NCBI GenBank assembly: GCA_964016885.1
Contig: OZ024747.1
Location: 88,350,001 to 88,414,000, forward strand
Length of the DNA stretch: 64,000 bases
From: Eledone cirrhosa
Lineage: Eukaryota
Direction: 5' to 3'
Positions within the stretch are counted from its first letter, which is position 1, and the number at the start of each line of letters is the position of its first letter. Positions 35,074-49,108 of this stretch are shown in pieces. Under the pieces are notes generated by a model, which was not told the DNA's origin, searched no databases, and saw only the letters and a list, made by a program, of their open reading frames with translations. Made by a program: the position numbers and the translations under genes.

Positions 35074-35123
35074 TTTTCTTCTCGTGCAATGGCCATACTC
35101 GATAACGAGGGGGGCAGCCATCA
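34966..35123 (+). mobile_element. Extreme 3' fragment of the zinc-finger RTE LINE
   Basis: T/TTA-rich UTR plus a tail nearly identical to 15118-15230. (TATG)n lies on both sides. Confidence 0.8.
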
Positions 35124-35544
35124 TGTATGTATGTATGTATGTATGTATATGTATGTATATATGTATGTATGTGTGTATGTATGTATGTATGTATATATGT
35201 ATGTATATGGGTATATATGTATGTATATATGTATGTATGTGTGTATGTATGTATGTATGTATGTATGTATGTATGTATATGTGTATGTATGTGTATATGT
35301 ATGTATATGGGTATATATATGTATATATGTATGTATGTATGTGGGTATATATGTATATGTATATGTATGTATATGGGTATATATGTATATGTATGTATAT
35401 GTGTATGTTTATGTATATGTATGTATATATATGTATATGTATGTATATGTGTATGTTTATGTATATGTATGTGTATATATGTGTATATATGTATATGATT
35501 GTATATATGTATGTATGTGTGTATGTATATATATATATGTATTT

Positions 35545-35950
35545 CCGGGAGAGATGACCCCTTAGGCTTTGTCAAGGCAGAATTCTAGAAGTAAAAATCT
35601 GATATAACACCTGCAACGCTGATGGTATCCAATGATGTTGACTTGTTCTTTTTGGTAAATATTATCTTGGTTAAGAGAGTGGGACTGGCTTTGTGCAGTG
35701 CCTTTGCTCACTATAAAAGCTTCACGGCACAGGCATTGCTTTATATCTGGAGATCTCTCTGCACTTGTCGTCACATGGTACCATGGACCCAGCACTATGT
35801 GTCAATAATTGTCACAAGTGTAGTGTTTGTACCAGAGTTTTCAAGTCGCTGGCTGGACTAAAAAGTCACACTCGTTCAGCGCATCGGTAGGGGTTCTCCT
35901 ACAGGGATATAAAGTAATGGCCGTACTCGAAAACGAGTTGGCAGCCACCA
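35545..35950 (+). mobile_element. Non-autonomous RTE-derived element, family A (5'-truncated)
   Basis: Matches 13324-13735 and is followed by (TGTA)n. Confidence 0.88.
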
Positions 35951-36245
35951 TGTATGTATGTATGTATGTATGTATGTATGTATGTATGTATGTATGTATG
36001 TATGTATGTATGTCTGCATGTATGTATTTTGTATGTATTTTTTATGTATGTGTGCGTGTTTGTATATATGTATGGTTGTATGTATATGCATGTGAGTGCC
36101 TGTAAGTGTGTATGTATGTCTGTTTGTATGTATATGCGTATGTGTGGATATGTGTATTTATGTATATATGTATGTATCTATGTATGCATATAATTGTATG
36201 TATGAGTATCTATATGTACGTGTGTGTGTGTATGTATATGTATGT

Positions 36246-36286
<41 letters not shown>

Positions 36287-38805
36287 TGTGTGTGTTACGA
36301 GGGCAGGCATGTCCAATGGTTGAGAAATTAGTTTCATTGTCATGAGACTCCAATTTTGATCACGATTCACGGCTCATTATGCAATTAATATTTTTTACAT
36401 TGACAAAGTTGTTTGAGAGCTGAATAGAATGCTTTACAACAGCTTTACAACATTCATTCAGTTATCCTGAGCTCTGAGGTCAAATTTCGTGAAGGCCAAC
36501 TTTGCCTTTCATCCTTATTCAAAAATAGAATACTGGTCAAGTACTGAAGTTGATATAATCGATTTTCCACTCCCCTCAAAATGGCAGGCCTTGTTCTTAA
36601 ATTAGAAACCATTATCTCAAGTGCCAATATACTGTGGATTGGCAGAATCGGTAGAACGTTGGACAAAAGGATTTGCGGTATTTGTTTGCATGATCTGTAT
36701 GGTCCGTGTTCAAACTCGGCTCCGTGTCGAAACTCTCATTCTTACCATCCCCTTTTCCATAAAGACTTGTTACACCACTCTCTCACACACGCACTCTCAT
36801 TCTTACCGTCCCTTCTCCAGTGTGACAGACGCTTTAATAGATAGATATTTGCAATTTGTATCATATCAACATTTGTATACATAAAAACGCATACCTTCAC
36901 TCACACACTCTTAATATGTCACAGTTTAACTTGCTGGTGTGAATCGTTACTACCTTTTCTGGAGACAATCTTAACTTTCAGTTTAACTCGAACAAGGTAC
37001 TCTTGATTGTTGAAATGTAGTTTTCCTAACGTAAATGACTATAAAAATAGTCGATCACTATAAATGAGAAAATTATGTAAAGTACCTTTGGAGACAGAAA
37101 AAAGTTGTTCCTATGTTGGCAAAACATTAACAAATTCAGATAAAAACATATTAGTAAAAAAACGAAAACCGAAATTAATTTATTGCTACCGAAATATTAA
37201 TGTAACAAACCCGCGAAAACGTTTATCGTTATTATTATTTTCATTTGTATATTTCTTTCATTTATACTCTTGTTGCAAATACATATTAAAAATCAAGCAG
37301 ATATTATAACTAATATATTAGATTAGATTTAGGACGGATTTATTATATATTCAGTATGGCTTTTTTTTCATTAGTACAAAGAGTCAGCGTACATTCTAGC
37401 TGTGTTTTAATTTTTAGAAATATCTTTATTAATGGTCACGTTTTCCTGGAAATTAAAGGTTTTACTCTCTCAACGTTCAATATATTTGTGCATGGATTGT
37501 TCGAAAATCAAAAGCGGCGAAGATGAGATATTGGTAGGTTTCCTGCATATATGCATAATTCATTGAAATGCATTTCACAGTTATTAAGCTTTTTTTCCCT
37601 GAAAGTTGTAGAGATTTATTCTATAAATTAGTTACATTACTCTCGTGTACACTAACTGACTTAGCTTCACTTCCTACTTATATTTCAACAATATTGATTT
37701 TCTTCATTGGCAGAAGGTCGCAAAACTGTATTGGAAGGAAAATGGACATTTGTGACGTTCTAGGATTTTCCGAGTATATTAGCGATAAAAAGGAAGTAAA
37801 ATGACTTCAGTATAGAATATAGATATATATTTATTTGAAAATCACTCCCAAGAAAGCGGCAAGTAGCCACCAATACAGAAAACCCCATGCAACCACTTAA
37901 ACTTCGAGAAGTTATAAAAGAAAATCTAATGAAATACTATCCATAAAATCAGTAAGCTATCAGCATATAGCAATCAATTAAACAAGAAGGAAGGCAGTTT
38001 GATTAGAGAGAGACGTCCACTGAAAGACATTTCTAGAGTAGAAACGGATTATCACAGCGAAAGAATGAGAATAAGTAGAGCTGAGTCATTATATTAAAAA
38101 GCCTTAATGGGAGAAACAAGTGAAGGATGTTCAGCAGAACAGCGACCCAGGAAGTATTTTAGTTGCACTGTTTTTATGTTCGTTTAAAATTAGAAACATT
38201 AGTCATTTCCACTGAAACAAAAAAGCAGTAGCAACCAAGGAAAGATTAGAGGTTAGATCTTCATCAAATAATACCTACTGTCTTAAATAAGAAAGGCAAC
38301 ATTAGATAAGATAATCCTGGATACACTGAGTCTGACAAAAACGAAACAAAAAAGACGATGCAATGGCAGCAACAACTGTTGCTAGTGGTTTCTTATAAGA
38401 ATAACTCTTCATATTTTTCCGGGCGGATAATTTATGTTGTCTGTTCATCTGTTTTGAATTGTGTTGGCAGAGTACACTGAAAATGGTAGCGAGAACATTT
38501 CTAGTCAAGGACGCTCGACATAAATGTATATATCAATTAAACTATATTTATTGATATACTCTGATTAAAATGACAGTTAGTAAAACGTCAGATAGTTACG
38601 AACTTCAAAATTAAATTGGGATAAACAGTATGAATGGAGGATGTTCCATTCAGAAGAAATTCTTAAATTTCCCATGTTTGTTATTTTGTCAACATAATAA
38701 CTCATGAACATCTATCAGCAACTGGGATTTGAACAATTTGATTACAACTTTGACAAGAAACAAGAAAAATAGATTTATTGTAAAAAATTCAAATGTCTTT
38801 TGTGG

Positions 38806-39045
38806 TTATGAGAACGGAAAAGGAAGGGAAAGGTAGGGCTCTAGAGTCACAGAAGAATGGGGAAGGGGGTGGGAAAGGGGAGGTGGGGGAAACGAAGGGG
38901 GAAGATGTGTGAGGTGTTTGGAAGGTGGGGAGAGGGAGGGGAAAGGGGGGGGGGGTTGATGGGCTCTAGGGTTAGGGCGCAGCGGTATTGGGGCGTAAAA
39001 GCATTCCCACGGACAATGGCCAGCGACACCCGCTGCAACCCACGA
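38806..39045 (-). mobile_element. CRE-like 3' end
   Basis: LQRVSLAIVRGNAF, then a pyrimidine-rich UTR shared with 54860-54975 and 61660-61790. Confidence 0.7.
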
Positions 39046-39269
39046 ACCATCAAGGTAGTCTCTATTTAGTTTCACGACCTGCATCCCCAAAATAACATTC
39101 CATTAAATCATAGCCTTCCAACTAAAAAATAATGTAAAGGTTCATTAGTGAAATCCTACATATACTACTCCTGGAAACAGGACGGGTTGGTCATGGCTAG
39201 AAAGCCATTAATCCCAGGTCTGCACAATCAACAACGACAACAGTGTCTCATACGTAACGACCAACGAAG

Positions 39270-39450
39270 GAGCATCTACCTATTCGTTTGACCTGCTAGA
39301 AATAGCATCCAAATAACCCTCAAATCACACTTTATCGCATATGAATAAAAAGAACATAACGTAATGTTCTATATACCTTAAAAGATGTGATGATGATGAT
39401 GGTGGAATGCCTTGGATCGCAGGTCTATACGATCAAGACCAGACCTGCCA
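39270..39450. repeat. Old interspersed repeat (gacctgct..agaaatagca.ccaaat..ccctcaaat family)
   Basis: Similar segments at about 3325-3560 and 45805-45950. Confidence 0.5.
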
Positions 39451-39902
39451 ACTTCTAAAAACCCAAACGAGGAGTACCATGAAAAAAAAATTGCCCCAAA
39501 ACGGGGAGAAATGAGATAAAATGGGGAGATTTTACATAATGAAAGCTATACCGATTTTCACAAGAGAAAACATGTCTCATCCACCCAAAGTGGGTGGGAA
39601 ATCTTCACATCGGACGGGGAGAGTTGAAATGTCTGCAAGACTGACTGGAGCTAAACAACAAAACAACGGCTACAACAATAACAAAAACAAAAGTGGAGCA
39701 ATGTTTTTAATCTATTTTAATCAATGACAAAGAGTGTAATCATGTCAGAAAATTGAACGCCTAAATGTATCTGTCATTATTAAATTGAAATCATGATAAA
39801 GCTGACTTTGCTTTCTGATACGTCAATGTTTTTCAGCAGCATACATGAAATGAGAATTGATTCAGTCAATTACGCCGTTTCTATAAATATATACCGTGGA
39901 TG

Positions 39903-40055
39903 CAGAATTGCTGAATAGTTAAGGAGTTTGTTTCGCAAATCATGAGGTCCTGGATTTGATCTAACTTTGTGACAACTTGGCCAAGTCAATCTTCGGATCA
40001 ACCCATGTCTTGTGAGTGAAAATGGGTAGATGGAAACTGTTCGGAAGCCCGTCAA
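39903..40055 (+). mobile_element. Diverged tRNA-derived SINE, family 3
   Basis: tRNA-like head and tail cttgtgagtg..ggtagatggaaactg..gaagcccgtc. Confidence 0.55.
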
Positions 40056-40114
40056 TTGAACTCTACCTGTAATTCAACCATGTAAAATACTGACTGGAGT
40101 TTTCGTCTCACGAT

Positions 40115-40370
40115 CATTAGGTAGTGAGTTCGATTTCCGGCGGCGTATATTGTCTTGAGCAAGACACAATATTACATGTTGCTCCAGTCTATTCCACCGA
40201 AAAAAATTATTTGTATCTGTAATTCAAAGGGTCAGCTTGTCACACAATATGCCACGCTGAATGTTCAGTGTACATATGTCAGTCACTTGCACTTTAATTT
40301 CATAAGGTCAGGTTGTTCCGTTGTTCAAACAACTGGAACACGAACACTCAAAACCTACGTAGCTCCAACA
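40115..40370 (+). mobile_element. SINE family 2
   Basis: gagttcgatt B-box, tcttgagcaagacac, and a body shared with 43280-43555. Confidence 0.7.
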
Positions 40371-41296
40371 TACTAACTCACGCTATAATCTTATCCCTTT
40401 CACGTAAACACACGCATCCACTGCACCAAAAATGATATGTTACGTTTGCTGAGTTATGATGCAAATAACATTGCAGCGAAAAGTTACCCTCTTCCAATAT
40501 ACGATCTACGTGAAAGTGTATTGTAATTTGTGCTATTTAGCGGATTGCCGCAGATGCACCAAGCTGGTGTTGCTGCAATTTTACTATTTTTATTCATGGT
40601 TTAGTTAGAAGACGAAGGGCAACAACCATAACCCTTTTTATGGGAGTTCCGAGACTGGCTTGAAAACAGGGAGTTATCCTCAGAAACCTGGCCGGAATAA
40701 TTGTGACTCTGATAAATGCGCCCAAATGTCAGCTAGTGATGTTAAACCTTGTGATAGATTAAATATAGCATTCTACACACACACAGAGTAGACAAAAATT
40801 GTACATTAAGAATCTAGAAAAATTTCCACTCATACAGCAATATCTTATCTAAAAAATTATATTTTATTTATCATGTTTTTTTTTAATGTTTATATTGCAT
40901 TAGTTCTTTTTGTGATATCACACATGGGTTCTCTTTAATGAAGCATAGAGATATAATCCGCCAGAGAAAATCTTCAGAAGTGATGGATTACAAACAAAGC
41001 GAAATACCGTGCACGCCCAGAAATTACAACTGACGAAAATCTATTATTTTGTAGTATATTATAATTGGCGAGGTTCTTATAAATCATGTGATTATACATT
41101 AGATTCGTTTGTCTTGTTTGGGAGATTAACACAAATGCGGATCATTTGCTATTTTTCATATCTAGTAATGCTCGTGAACATATTACACACCAGGGAGATT
41201 TTACTCACTAATTCAGCAACTATTTTGTTACAATACAGGCTCTGCTTTGAGTTAAACATTACCAGCAATAAAAAATGCTGTACACAACATAAATTA

Positions 41297-41416
41297 TAAC
41301 TGTTTCTACTTTTGGCATAAGGCCAGCAATTACCCCAGTGTATTACTGGTACTTTATTTTATCGATCTCGTAAGGATGAAAGGCAAAGTTAACCTCGTCG
41401 GGATTTGAACTCAGAA
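41297..41416 (-). mobile_element. SINE family 1, partial
   Basis: Family consensus. A diverged forward copy follows at 41445-41590. Confidence 0.8.
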
Positions 41417-41736
41417 TTATCATGCGTAAACATCAATAGATGACGCAGTGTTGGCAGAGTCGTTAGGACGCTGGATTAAAAATGCCTCGGTATTTGTTCC
41501 GGCTCACTGCGCTCTGAGCCCAAATACCACTGAGGTCAACTTTGCCATTTATCCTTTCGAGATCGATAAATTAAGTACCACTCAATTACTGGAGACGATT
41601 CTTCCTTTATCCCTCTTTATTCCTTTTTTCTCTCTCTTTGGGGAGGGGCAGATTCATCCAGGTTCAACAGGACACTCCATATGTCAGGACAGCGCCCCTA
41701 TGATTCTATGATTCTATATCGCTATTTCGGAGCACC

Positions 41737-41802
<66 letters not shown>

Positions 41803-42004
41803 CGTACGTAAACACGTATAAATACGTATAAATTCAAAATCAATTATGAATTCGAAAAAAGCAAGATTACGTTTTAACTCAGCTGCGCCTTCAACCCCAG
41901 CAGCTGACCACTTGCTAATACCCAGCAGGCGCTCTAACACGTATGCATACATATATATAACATAAGAGAGAGATAGAGAGAGAAAGAGAGAAACAGGGAG
42001 AACG

Positions 42005-42078
<74 letters not shown>

Positions 42079-42119
42079 TAAGCAAATACACACAAACACA
42101 TACATACAGAAAGACAGAC

Positions 42120-42332
42120 ATAGGCAGACAGACAGATAGACAGACAGATAGTTAGATCGATAGATATATAGTTAGATAGTTAGATGGATAGATAGATACA
42201 TAGAAAGACAGATAGATAGATAGACAAATAGCTAGATAGATGAATTAATAGATTGACTGATAGCTAGATAGATAGATGGACTAATAGCTAGATAGAGATA
42301 AATAGATAGTGATAGATAGAGGTTGATAGATA
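42120..42332. repeat. Degenerate (GATA)/(GACA)n
   Basis: Direct observation. Confidence 0.85.
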
Positions 42333-42456
42333 TATCGTTTAAAATAGTTAAATGAAGAAGAGTAATGAAATGGAAAAAAAAGCATGGCAGTAACAAACAA
42401 AACCCTCTAAGGTTAATTGAATATGGACGGAGTTTTAATATAATCTTCCAATCATA

Positions 42457-42762
42457 CGAACAGCGACCTTGAAGCTGCCAGGCAAATTATGGTGATGGTT
42501 CTTCGTCAGTTTCGACGACGAGCATTTATTTGTTTGATCAACTGTATTACAAACTTGTTAAATTAGTATGTAAGTAGCTGACAATTCCACACACACGTGT
42601 ACACTTACATGAACAGCGACTTTGAAGCTGCCAGCCAGATTATGGTGATGGGTTTTCGTCAGTTTCGACGACGAACATTTATTTGTTCGACCAACTGTCT
42701 TACATACTTGTTAAATTAGTATGCAAGTGGCTGAGTATTCCACACACACGTGAACACTTTAC
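42457..42762. repeat. Diverged ~154-bp tandem duplication including the SINE family 2 3' part
   Basis: gaacagcgac.ttgaagctgccag...cacacacacgtg occurs twice. Confidence 0.8.
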
Positions 42763-43032
42763 GTCATTCTCAGACCATATCAACGTGACATAATGGTGTG
42801 TGACAAGACTGGAACTTTGGATAGCAGATACAATCCATCCGACTGGTTTCCTTGTATCCTATTTCTTTGAGAATTATGGAACAAGTCTGATGCTATGTGA
42901 TTTCGAAGCGAAATGTTTAACCATTCAACGATGCCGGAAGACAACACTGAATTGAAACATATCTGCTGAAATATTTAATACTAACATTTTTGCAACACAT
43001 ATGATCGTAAAGATAGAAAAATCATATTAGAT

Positions 43033-43250
43033 AATGATTTCTACTTTAGGTACAAGGCCAGCAATTTTTGGGGGAGAGGGGAAAGTCGATTAAATCAACC
43101 TCAGTGCATTACTAGTACATTATTTTATCGACCTCGTAAGGATGAAGGGCAAAGCTAACCTCGGCGGGATTTGAACCCAGACCGTAAAGGGCCGTAACTC
43201 TATGCTGCAAAGCATGGTGTTCGATGCTCTGCCGATTCTGCCAATTCACC
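43033..43250 (-). mobile_element. SINE family 1
   Basis: Family consensus, long variant. Confidence 0.85.
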
Positions 43251-43279
43251 GAAATATTTATATATGGCTTATTGGTTAG

Positions 43280-43555
43280 GGTGGTCGACTCCAGGTGACA
43301 CACTGTCCTTGAGCAAGACACTTTATTTCACGTTGCGCCAGTTCATTCAGATGGTAAAAATAATTTATTCCTGTAATTCAAAGAGCCAGTAGTATTGTTA
43401 CACATTATGTCATCCTGAATCTTTCTGAGAAATACGTTAAGGGTGCTCGTGTCTATGGAATGCTCAGTCACTTGCATGTTAATTTCACGGCCAGGCTGTT
43501 CCGTCATTCAAACAACTGGAACATTCGTCGCCGGAACCGACGGGGGTCCAACAAC
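43280..43555 (+). mobile_element. SINE family 2
   Basis: gtccttgagcaagacactttatttcacgttgc; ends in (CAA)n. Confidence 0.75.
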
Positions 43556-43729
43556 AACTCTTCTAACAACAACAGAGATATATAAATAGATGGGATGGTC
43601 ATGGCTTGAACCTATTTAATCATAGTTCTACATGATCAGAGCTAATTTGAAGTTTAATAACAACACCAATAGAATCGTACGACTATACTGACCTATATTC
43701 ATCCATCTATCAAGAGTGCCAGATCATCT

Positions 43730-43925
43730 TTGGCAGTATCGGTGGAGCTTTATGGCATAGAGTTACAGCCCTTTACAATCTCAGTTCAAATTCTGCCGAC
43801 GTTAGCTTTGCCTTTCATCTTTACGGGTTCGATAAAATAAACTACCAGTAATGCATTGGGGTCGATTTAACCGACTTTCCCCTCTCCCAAAATGTTTGGC
43901 CTTGTGCCTAAATCAGAAACCAATA
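43730..43925 (+). mobile_element. SINE family 1
   Basis: Family consensus, forward. Confidence 0.8.
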
Positions 43926-44496
43926 TTACTAGATAGAGATTGGCATACAATCCATAGGATACTTATCTAGTATTTGCTTCACACCATAAAACAGAATACA
44001 TGAGCTCGCTAACCTCTCTCATGTCTCAGGTTATATTTATATTCCTATTTACTGCGTTATACAGGATTACACAAGCACTGGATTTAAATTATATTACACT
44101 GTTCACAATACTTCACTACCTTATTTTATCCTACATTAACTTAAATTGCACTAAATTACTTTAAAGCAAGCACTAAAATATCTCACGGCTGTCACTAATA
44201 CATATTCCTCACATATCTTTAAAATAACTCTATTTGTAACAGTAACGACAACAGCAAAAGCCGCAGCTGTAGTCGAAGCAGAAGAGAAGAGACAGCAACA
44301 GCAGAGTAAACGGTATCAACAAAAATATTAGCAATACTGGAAGAAACTCTACTAACAGCATTAACCAAATACAGTCTGGGCAATATTCCTATCTCTCCCC
44401 ACTGCTAAATGGAGAGACTAATCCTTTTCTTATGCATAATCTGCCTCCCATTGGCCTCCAATATTTGAAATTTCCTTTTCTTTTCTTTTATTCTTT

Positions 44497-44965
44497 TAAA
44501 CATGCGCTTAGGCTACGGCATCTCCAGGTATTGCTAAATGGTGAATAAGTGTGGTCACCGTTTGTGAGACAGGTCTTTCCGCAGCTCACCTCTTTGACAG
44601 AGCTGCAGTTGCGGGTCAAGCAAAGACCGAGATTGGGTACCTGGCATCTGGGATGTTGTCAGATCCTCACAACCATCTACCAGTCGGGTAATACGGCCAG
44701 TGGAAACTCTCCACTAGCGTTCTACAGAAGACTAATGGTGGGCAAGTGCAACGACGTTCTCGGAGTGGCTCTGGGCATTGACAAAAACAAACTGAGTAGT
44801 CTGTTCAGGAGAACTTTCTAGCCGGGGATTGTGCATAACCTCCAGAAATCACTCGCTTGGTAGTGCTAACAGGGAGGGGGCACTATCGGTTCGAGGCAAA
44901 CTCTGCGGATACGAAAGTGCTGTCAGACGGACCAGTCCGAGATGTGTGCAGAGCGACGAAGCCGT
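44497..44965 (+). mobile_element. Decayed internal Tx1 ORF2 fragment joined to a SINE family 1 3' half (44962-45095)
   Basis: KHALRLRHL..WSPFVRQVFPQLTSLTELQ..VKQRPR..SLFRRTF, homologous to 8535-9015, with stop codons. Confidence 0.85.
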
Positions 44966-46076
44966 TAGCTTTGCCTTTCATCCTAACGGGGGTCGATAAA
45001 ATAAAGCACCAGTAACGAACTGAGGTGGATTTAATCGACTTTCCCCTCTCCACAAAAAAATTACAGGCCTTGTGCCTAAAGTAGAAATCATTATTATTCG
45101 AGATAATACATCAACCTATTAATTAATTACTGTGTAAATGTTGACTTCAATATCAGTGATTGAATTTCAAAATAATTAGCTGCTCTTTTGCTTTATGTTT
45201 TAAAATAATTAATTTAGAATGACTATATATTGAAACTGTCATCACATCACCATCACTATCTTCCTCATTATCACCACTACTACTACTATTATCATCATCT
45301 TTTTCACACACCCACAGCAACAACAACAACTGCGTGAGTGAAGCAATATATATTGTAGCAGTCTGTGGACTCCTTTAACACATCAGTTTATTTCCATCAA
45401 AGGAAAACTCTGTTAAGTAATGCCAACCAATTGGTCCCGGATCTTCCACAAACTCTACTTTTATTCTATCTAGCCGATGTGCACATCATGCAAATACACA
45501 TTCAATATTACTATTACATAACAACTAAATGTATCTGTTGTCGCTGTTCTGTCTAGCACATCGCATGACTCGAATTACTTAGTGGAAGCTCCTAATGAAT
45601 CCGAGAACCGAAATGCCTTAGTATTTGTACGACTTCATTATTTCACGCATCTTCTGTTTTCATTGAAGGTAATATTTTATTTGAGGGCGATTCGGCTGTT
45701 ATTTCTAGTGTATAAATTCTCAAGTTGACTCGAAGGTTCCCTGAGCTACCCTGTAAGTTATAGCCGAGGCCAAGATATTCAACGAAAATGGAATCTTCAT
45801 TGTCATTCGACCTGCTCTACTAGAAATAGCAACTAAATATCCCTCAAATTACAACATATTCTCTAATAAACATTAAAAGGAGCACTGGAAATACTGGCAT
45901 ATTCAGAGCTGGTATAGTCAAAGGACATCTTTGTTCATATGTCTGCTCAAACTTTCTGTTTTATTTCTGCGTGCTTAGTTTTGTCGTAGATACGAGTAAT
46001 TTAAATTTACTCATTGAATACTTTCAGTGAATTATACTTCACATCCATACGAGTCTGGTTCGTTTCTGTATTATTG

Positions 46077-46115
<39 letters not shown>

Positions 46116-46384
46116 GATACTTGGGGGGTGGGGGGTCATATTTGTGTAATATTGCCAGAATTAATAACAGAACACACTCACTGTTTGGTTGGTTTTCGCT
46201 TTTCGCTTCTGTGTCTTTTATATCGGTAATCTAATTTATTCGGTCCTCAATGTTGCCATAGACTGACCAACGGTAAAAAATAATACAGATACAATATCGA
46301 CACAAACACATATATATAGTATATCAATATTTGTTTCGACACACAATTTCATATCAAAAACCTCGCAAAACTAATTCATCGCCG

Positions 46385-46440
<56 letters not shown>

Positions 46441-46442
<2 letters not shown>

Positions 46443-46581
46443 GTTTCTGAGGAAGACAGTGTGATAGATAAGGGATTTCGAGATTAGAAATGGGTAGTGA
46501 CATAACCACTGCCTGCTAGTCGATATATCGATCTACCATGATCAAATGATCAATCAACTCTCTGAAACAATCGTAAATCAA
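46441..46581 (+). ncRNA. Type I hammerhead ribozyme with extended stem II
   Basis: TTGTTT-CTGAGGA-AGACAGTGTGATAGAT...ATCAATCAACTCTCT-GAAA-CAATCG-TA^-AATCAA. Confidence 0.62.
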
Positions 46582-46632
46582 TGAACTAATTTAAGAACCT
46601 ACTTTCGAATTTTATTTCATTTTCATACTTCA

Positions 46633-46834
<202 letters not shown>

Positions 46835-47587
46835 TTCGGAAAGGTTGAATGATTGGCAGAGTTATCGTGAAATCACATGGGATTTCTCGTTAATAATTGT
46901 CGGAATTGTCGGAGAAAAGGATTTGAGATATCTAGTTACGACACTTTACGTGCAAATCCCTTTGATGTCAAATTTATTTTTCATCTTTCTGGGTCGATAA
47001 AAGAGTACACACCTACAACTAGAGTAGGTTTAATCAGCGATACCTTCCTGCCCCCAAATGTATGTTATCATGTCGATCTTAGAAATAATTAATTAATACA
47101 GATATCTCATTAGACCTAATTGTAATTACTATATATATATGGTCTCATAAATACGTAAGATCCAGAATCCTTCAGTAATTAGCTTTACGGGTTCTGAAGA
47201 CCAATAGCTAAACCGATTACTAATATTGATTATTCTTTTCTTCCTTCGGTGGTAAAAGTTTCAACCAAGGAATTCTCAGAACATATCGTGGAATTAATCA
47301 AGTTTATGGCCGTTACGTCGTTACGTTTATATATTATTCAACTTTATATGACACACACACACATACATATATTTATATGTACAGGGTCGGGTTTAATAGC
47401 GAAAAAAGGAAGCAATTGCCCCAGACCCCCTGCAGTAGGGAACCCCACCAGCGACGGCTGTAGCAATTTATCTATGTCCTCAACTGGGCATTTTAGTTCT
47501 AGGATGGTTAGAATTTGTGAATATAATACCTGTATGTATAATCTTTCAATTCCAGTTACTTGCACCAAGCTAAATTTGATATGTAAA

Positions 47588-47636
<49 letters not shown>

Positions 47637-47749
47637 CTTTCAGATGACCCCGCTTAAGGTGAAAGCAGAAATCTTTTGCTTAAACTTTTAATCTGTACTG
47701 TTACTAATATATACATAGATAATATATATTATATATAATATCATATAAT

Positions 47750-47930
47750 ATAATTGTTTCTACTTTTGACACAAGGCCAGCAATTACCCAGTGCATTACT
47801 GGTACTTTATTTTATCGACCCCGATTGGATGAAAGGTAAAGTTAACCTCGACGGAATTTGAACTCAGACCGTAAAGGGACGTAACTACGCTAGAAAGCAT
47901 GGCGGCCAACCCTCTACAGATACAGCCAAT
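47750..47930 (-). mobile_element. SINE family 1
   Basis: Family consensus. Confidence 0.85.
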
Positions 47931-47951
47931 GATATAATATATATATATATA

Positions 47952-48161
47952 TAGGAACGAGTAGGACCCTGACGGCTGAGCTCAAGCCGTTTCGACGGCT
48001 AATTCTGGACTAAATCATTGATTTAGTCCAGAATTAGCCGTCGAAACGGCTTGAGCTCAGCCGTCGGGGTCCTACTCGTTCCTATTACCCACTCTACTAC
48101 CCTAAGTATTGAGTACTTTGGTGCGTTATGGTCCACCTGGTTCCTTACCACATTTCCTTCG

Positions 48162-48164
<3 letters not shown>
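47952..48164 (+). mobile_element. Short (TA)n-inserted fold-back element, copy 1
   Basis: Arms 47952-48017 and 48019-48084, then a unique tail. Other copies lie at 50053-50200 and 53193-53406. Confidence 0.85.
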
Positions 48165-48232
<68 letters not shown>

Positions 48233-48442
48233 ATTCGTTTGGAAGCCTCGACAATGCAAATGGGTAAATCTCCGGGTAACAGGGTCCGGTGGAGGAGAGA
48301 GAGATATGTAAGTGGGTGTACGTTGAGATGCGTGGTGTGTATAAGATGTGTGAGATGTGTAGAATGAAGGGAAGAGTGAAAGGGTAAAAATAATAATAAC
48401 AACACAGGAGAGAGAGAGTTACCTTGGGAGAGATTTAATAGT

Positions 48443-48478
48443 CCCTATATATTTCGGATTCACATCCATCAACTGGGG
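48443..48478 (-). ncRNA. Decayed hammerhead ribozyme
   Basis: Minus strand reads CCC-CAGTTGA-T-GGAT-GTGA-ATCC-GAAA-TATA-TA-GGG. Stems are intact but the core has two substitutions. Confidence 0.5.
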
Positions 48479-49028
48479 TTTTTTTCCGGGGTGGGGGAAA
48501 AGGTTGTCTGTCGGACAATTCGGAACGCGTCTTTCGCTGTTTGTTGATTTGAATATCTGAGGTATTCGGTCGAGCGCGCGTGCGTAGGAATGGGGTCGGT
48601 CGTACAGAAGTCAACGGCCGAATGAGGGAGTGGGATGGCGCTAGCTGTCAGTCCATTCTCTGCCTGCTTGTTAAATGTTACTGTGTGTGTGTGTGCGTGT
48701 GTTGTTGTCTCGCTTGAGTGTGTGTGTGTGTGTGTGTGCGTGTGTAGTTGCCTTGTTCATCTGTATTGGCAGTGTAGTATGTTCGTATGGTGGAATGCTA
48801 CTGTGTGTGTGTGTGCGTGTGTGTGTGTAGTTGTCTCGTTTGCGTGTGTGTGTGTGTGTGTTGTATATATATATATATATAAAATATATATATAATATAT
48901 AATATATATATAAAATATATATATAATATATAATATATATATAAAATATAATATATATATAAAATATATATATATATATATATATGAGAGGCGTAAAATA
49001 TAAAATTAACTTACTTACTAAAATATAA

Positions 49029-49108
49029 CTTCCAACTAATTAGTTTCTGGAATGGAATAAATATATTTTCTGAAGAAAACATGGAGAATCATTCCGTCGT
49101 CAGGGAAG
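49029..49108 (-). ncRNA. Type I hammerhead ribozyme
   Basis: Minus strand reads CTTCC-CTGACGA-C-GGAATG...CATTCC-A-GAAA-CTAATTAG-TT^-GGAAG. Confidence 0.8.

Noticed and set aside
37800-38520. Possible host exon or decayed transposase in a purine-rich stretch
   Set aside because: No sustained ORF or recognisable motif. Small host exons elsewhere in the window cannot be excluded.
47189-47266. GGTT-CTGAAGA...AACC possible hammerhead
   Set aside because: The GAAA box is not intact and stem II is weak; at best a decayed copy.
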